Positions 60,726 to 64,000 of a stretch of DNA of 64,000 bases are shown here, in pieces. Position 1 is the first letter of the stretch, and each line of letters starts with the position of its first letter. The stretch is taken from assembly GCA_963755125.1 (NCBI GenBank), contig CAVWIP010000007.1:135453-199452 (forward strand). Direction: 5' to 3'. Made by a program: the position numbers and the translations under genes. The notes beneath the pieces were generated by a model. The model searched no databases. It worked only from the letters and a program-made list of their open reading frames with translations, and was not told where the DNA came from. The DNA is from an uncultured delta proteobacterium. GTDB taxonomy: Bacteria > Myxococcota_A > Polyangia > Fen-1088.

Positions 60726-61448
60726 TCAGTCAACCCGCGGCGTAGGACGTCCGGCACTTTGTGCAGGGCTATTGCTCCGTCCGCATCTCTTCCATACGTC
60801 GAGTCCTGCGCGCATCCTGCTGCATTCCTTTGCGAGATCGGGATACGCCTCGGCGATGGCGGTGTAGACCTTGTTCCTAATTGCCTCGACGGCGTCCTCC
60901 ACTCCCACTTTCCCGAACTGCGCGTGCAGCGCGGCCTCGTAATCAGTCAAATTCTGGCGAATGTAATCGACCGTGATCTGTGCCAAGAACGCCGGATCGC
61001 TGTCAATGGAGGCGCTCGCAGGGCCGGGGCCGCGCTCGTTGGCACGCGCGTTGTAGAAATCGCAAGCGCGACGAACGAGGGTTTCCCGATCCACTTGGGG
61101 CACCTGGATGTCGAGTTGGTGGACGAAATCCATGGTCTTCTCGTACTTGGCGCTCACGCCTTTCCGCGCAGCTCCAGAACGCGCGGCCTTCTTCTCTTGG
61201 AATGCCTTGAATGCGGGGGTGGCTTCAGCTGCGACAACGGACGTCGTCAGGTACCAGTAGACGACGTAATCGCCTACATAGTCGCGGTGACACTGCTCGG
61301 TTCTATAGGGAGCACCGAGAAACTTCTTGATCCCGGTCTTGGTCCACCCCCTCACATCAATCAGGGCCTTGGTGTTGAGCTGCGGCGGATCTAAAGGTTT
61401 CGCTTTCGGTTCGGGGGTTCCGGGCATCTGGTTCTTGGGCATCGGCAT
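60726..61448 (-). CDS. Hypothetical phage-like protein with RGWT N-domain
   Basis: RGWT...I..FLG.P...Y....V.AAE.TPAF; V.YIR..LT.YE C-terminal motif. Confidence 0.75.
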   Translation of the reverse strand: MPMPKNQMPGTPEPKAKPLDPPQLNTKALIDVRGWTKTGIKKFLGAPYRTEQCHRDYVGDYVVYWYLTTSVVAAEATPAFKAFQEKKAARSGAARKGVSAKYEKTMDFVHQLDIQVPQVDRETLVRRACDFYNARANERGPGPASASIDSDPAFLAQITVDYIRQNLTDYEAALHAQFGKVGVEDAVEAIRNKVYTAIAEAYPDLAKECSRMRAGLDVWKRCGRSNSPAQSAGRPTPRVD

Positions 61449-61456
61449 TCCCCATA

Positions 61457-61675
61457 TTATTTCAATGTTTCAGGGGTTGGTTGCTCCAGGCGCATGGAAC
61501 TGTGCAGCATGGCGCGGAGCCAGGGCGCCAGGGCGCCAGCCAGGGCGTGCCTGGTGCCTGCATGGCCGAGGACGTGGAGCACGCCCAGGAGGGTGCGCTT
61601 GCGGCCCTCGGCGCCTTCCGCTGACTCGGCTAGGGCGCAGAGCAGGCGGCGCTCGATGTCGGCACTAGACAACAT
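61457..61675 (-). CDS. Small hypothetical protein (intact copy of the repeated unit)
   Basis: 72-aa ORF; degenerate paralog at 60528-60717. Confidence 0.45.
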   Translation of the reverse strand: MLSSADIERRLLCALAESAEGAEGRKRTLLGVLHVLGHAGTRHALAGALAPWLRAMLHSSMRLEQPTPETLK

Positions 61676-62177
61676 GTTTGGAGGGCGCGTACATGCCGGA
61701 ACTGGTGATTCTCACCTCGTGGGCGTTCATTATCTTTTCCAGATCCTTCAATTGCGAATTCGAGGCCCCCATCTTGCTCCTCACCCACCTTCGCACTGCA
61801 ATTAACAGATTTCCGGAATAGATCGGCAGATCGAGCCTTGTAGGGCTCAAGCTTAGGAAACCGGCAGGCAACACAATACCGCCACACTTAGAGCAGACAC
61901 CTTTGTCGGGGTGGAGTTTCTTCCCGTATGTAGCTCCACACGACTCGCACGTGTCTTCGACGAACGAGCGTCTGAAACCAGCAAACCACACAATACCGCC
62001 ACACTTGGAGCAGACAGCTACGTTCTGGCGGAGTTTCTTCCCGTATGTAGCTCCACACGACGCACACGTGTCTTCGGCGGACGGAATAGGTTCCGGCTCT
62101 TTCAGTGAAAGGCACACTTGTGAGGTTCTCGTCTTCTTGAGTGTCGGCGTCTTTTTCGGGGCTCTCGACTTGGTCAT
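61665..62177 (-). CDS. Hypothetical protein with two tandem C4 zinc ribbons
   Basis: EDTCxSCGATYGKKL....VCSKCGGIV..AGF twice (117-bp unit); AAGGAG RBS. Confidence 0.7.
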   Translation of the reverse strand: MTKSRAPKKTPTLKKTRTSQVCLSLKEPEPIPSAEDTCASCGATYGKKLRQNVAVCSKCGGIVWFAGFRRSFVEDTCESCGATYGKKLHPDKGVCSKCGGIVLPAGFLSLSPTRLDLPIYSGNLLIAVRRWVRSKMGASNSQLKDLEKIMNAHEVRITSSGMYAPSKHVV

Positions 62178-62576
62178 GGTGTTCTCCTTGTTGATTTTTC
62201 GAGGTTCAGCGGCGCACGATAGAAGCTGTTGCGGCCGTGGTCGAGGCGGGCATGGGCGCCAGCGTGGCGCCGAGCAGGCGGCGCTCGATGTCGGCGGTGG
62301 TCAGCATGTACTTCTCCAATTCGGTCAGAAAAACGCGGCGGATTCGTGTATCAGCTTGGCTATCTCCGGACTCCGGCGTGTCGCTCCAGTGCAAATCCGA
62401 TCTCTATTCCCAGCGCGAAATCTGACCCACGGCAGCAGAGTATACTCCGCTTGGAACTCTGTTCGTGTCTCCGGGCGTGAGTCCGGAAGAGTTTCACTGC
62501 GGTCTCCATCGAGGCGCCTTTCTTTGCGCTGTCTTCATGATCTTCTCCTTTGTTCGTTGTTCAGTTGATTGTGGCG

Positions 62577-62987
62577 TCACCGACATACAATAGGGCTTGC
62601 GGCGGCCGTGGGCGAGACGGGCCTAGGCGTGAGCGTGGCCCCGACGGCAAAGGCGCCAGCGAAGGCGAGCCCGAGGAGTGCGCCTCCGGCCAGACCGAGG
62701 GCCGCGTCCCGCAAGGGCAGCCTCGACGCGAGCCCCTTCAGAAAATTGAGGAAGCCCCTGCCCCCGGGCTTGCGAACCCGGCGGAAGAGCCGGAATCCGG
62801 CCAGATCTGTTGCTGGAATCTCGAACCAGGGGGACAGATCGGGGTAGTCCTCGTGGCCCCCGCACCCGCACCACGCAATTTCGTACCGGGGCACGTGCGC
62901 CCCAGTCGCCAGCAACTTGCCGCAGCCAGCACACTCCAGGACAGTGGCTCTCACGCTCTCGTTCACGTTTACGTTGATGGTCGTCAT
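62577..62987 (-). CDS. Hypothetical protein with Zn-ribbon and C-terminal TM helix
   Basis: CAGCG...CGCG, hydrophobic helix; GAGGA RBS. Confidence 0.55.
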   Translation of the reverse strand: MTTINVNVNESVRATVLECAGCGKLLATGAHVPRYEIAWCGCGGHEDYPDLSPWFEIPATDLAGFRLFRRVRKPGGRGFLNFLKGLASRLPLRDAALGLAGGALLGLAFAGAFAVGATLTPRPVSPTAAASPIVCR

Positions 62988-63046
62988 GGGATCTTTCCTC
63001 GTGGTGGGTTTCCAGGGCTCGCAGGCCAGGATGTGGATCCGCGGGA

Positions 63047-63259
63047 TCATCGCGGCCAAGGCATCTTGAAATTTTCGACCACGATCGCCGCAACCTCGCG
63101 CGGACCCTTGCCCGCATAGATTGCTGACACGACCGCGCCGGCCGTGATTGCGGTCTTGATGTGCTGTCCGATCCCAGATCCCTTTTCCATCTTATCCATC
63201 CGCTTCTCCAGGGCCTGCATCCTCGTCGGTTTCTTCGGGGCCTTCTGTTTCGTGGGCAT
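63047..63259 (-). CDS. Small hypothetical protein
   Basis: AAGGA RBS, coiled-coil-like ALEKRMDKME. Confidence 0.55.
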   Translation of the reverse strand: MPTKQKAPKKPTRMQALEKRMDKMEKGSGIGQHIKTAITAGAVVSAIYAGKGPREVAAIVVENFKMPWPR

Positions 63260-63346
63260 GGGACATTTCCTTGTTGGGTGTTTCGTTATCCGCCCAAAAA
63301 GTCGTCAGTTGACGAGGAGGCCGCGCCCGGCAAGATCTCGACGTCC

Positions 63347-63985
63347 TCATATGCCTCCCAAGACATCGTCGATCGACGCTGGGGCCAGCTCGCTCGTGTC
63401 GTAGTCCGCCCGTCTCGCTGATTTCCGGCTTCCGCGCAGCTCGGCCCTCAGCATGACCTGGCGGCGCTTTTCGTCGCCCCTCGCCTTGTGCTGCGAGAGC
63501 GGCTCGGCCTCGGGCACCGTCCAGCCGGGCAAAAAATCGGGGATACGGGCAGGAGAGACGATCCGGGCGACCACCTGGTTGCGTTTTCGCAATTGGATCT
63601 CTCGGCCCGCCACGATTGCGGCGTCGCGCTCGCGCCGCGCATCGTTGCCGAGCTTGATCGTCTCTTTCACCGCCGGCCCGCTGTCGGCGATGATGCCGGC
63701 GAGCACCCTGCCCTGCACGACGACGACCACGTTACGTTCGCGGACCTTTTGGATCACGGCCTGCCACTGGTGGGCCAGCTTCCGGCGCTCGACGCGCACC
63801 TCGCCCGGGCACGCCGGACGGGTGGCCAGCAGCGCCGAGGTCAGATCGGACCTGGAGCAGAGGCCCGACGCGAGGAAGGCGGCGGGCTCGCCAGCCTCGC
63901 CGAGCAGCAACGTGATCTGGCCCGACCGGGCCTGCGCGGCCAGCCCGGCCAGATCGCCCACGCCCTTGATGGCCACCCGGTTCAC
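63347..63985 (-). CDS. Protein with three tandem Phd/YefM-like domains (may extend beyond window)
   Basis: Three beta-alpha-beta-beta segments ending GEPAAFL, GRVLAGII, NQVVARIVSP. Confidence 0.55.
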   Translation of the reverse strand: MNRVAIKGVGDLAGLAAQARSGQITLLLGEAGEPAAFLASGLCSRSDLTSALLATRPACPGEVRVERRKLAHQWQAVIQKVRERNVVVVVQGRVLAGIIADSGPAVKETIKLGNDARRERDAAIVAGREIQLRKRNQVVARIVSPARIPDFLPGWTVPEAEPLSQHKARGDEKRRQVMLRAELRGSRKSARRADYDTSELAPASIDDVLGGI

Positions 63986-64000
63986 AGCTCCGCCATCCTC

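Larger units (their letters stand above)
60528..62309 (-). repeat. Three interspersed direct repeats encoding MLxxADIERRLL
   Basis: Cores at 60682-60719, 61640-61677, 62272-62309; GAGCAGGCGGCGCTCGATGTCGGC exact in two; first two extend to ~190 bp. Confidence 0.8.
41582..64000. mobile_element. Serine-integrase integrative element inserted in recA (right end beyond window)
   Basis: recA breaks at the integrase 3' end; integrase, polymerase, primase-helicase, ParB, XRE and phage-like small genes follow; no host housekeeping genes after 41583. Confidence 0.88.

Noticed and set aside
62320..62538. Gene after the strong RBS at 62546
   Set aside because: Stops after 14 codons and the other frames are short; at most a decayed gene
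41582..64000. Complete prophage or conjugative element
   Set aside because: No terminase, capsid, tail, relaxase or T4SS genes recognised in the window; cannot be excluded beyond 64000

Overview
GC-rich bacterial chromosome, most likely Myxococcota/Polyangia-like (inferred from gene content: Cys-rich lipoproteins, Ser/Thr kinase-PP2C pair, SspB, CxxxY-type CcmE). Bases 1-~41580 are host genes: glmS (5' partial), ilvBN, ccmE, lolC/E-like, tatA, mltD-like, rluA-like, bioB, plsY, dinG, a split hisBHAF/hisI cluster, comM, a GxxExxY gene and recA. recA homology stops at the conserved FINQ motif (~41583). From there a >22 kb integrative element runs to the window end, and its right junction is not in the window. 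The element encodes a large serine recombinase, an A-family DNA polymerase and a TOPRIM-type primase fused to a helicase, with an iteron-like origin candidate inside the 3' end of that gene. It also carries a duplicated non-coding block with a repeated GTGAAGAA-N15/16-TAATA motif next to two paralogous unknown genes, a microsatellite-frameshifted HepT-like fusion gene, an orphan ParB, surface-protein cargo and small genes separated by repeats. No capsid, conjugation, rRNA, tRNA or CRISPR features were recognised. All calls come from reading motifs by eye; no database searches were run.
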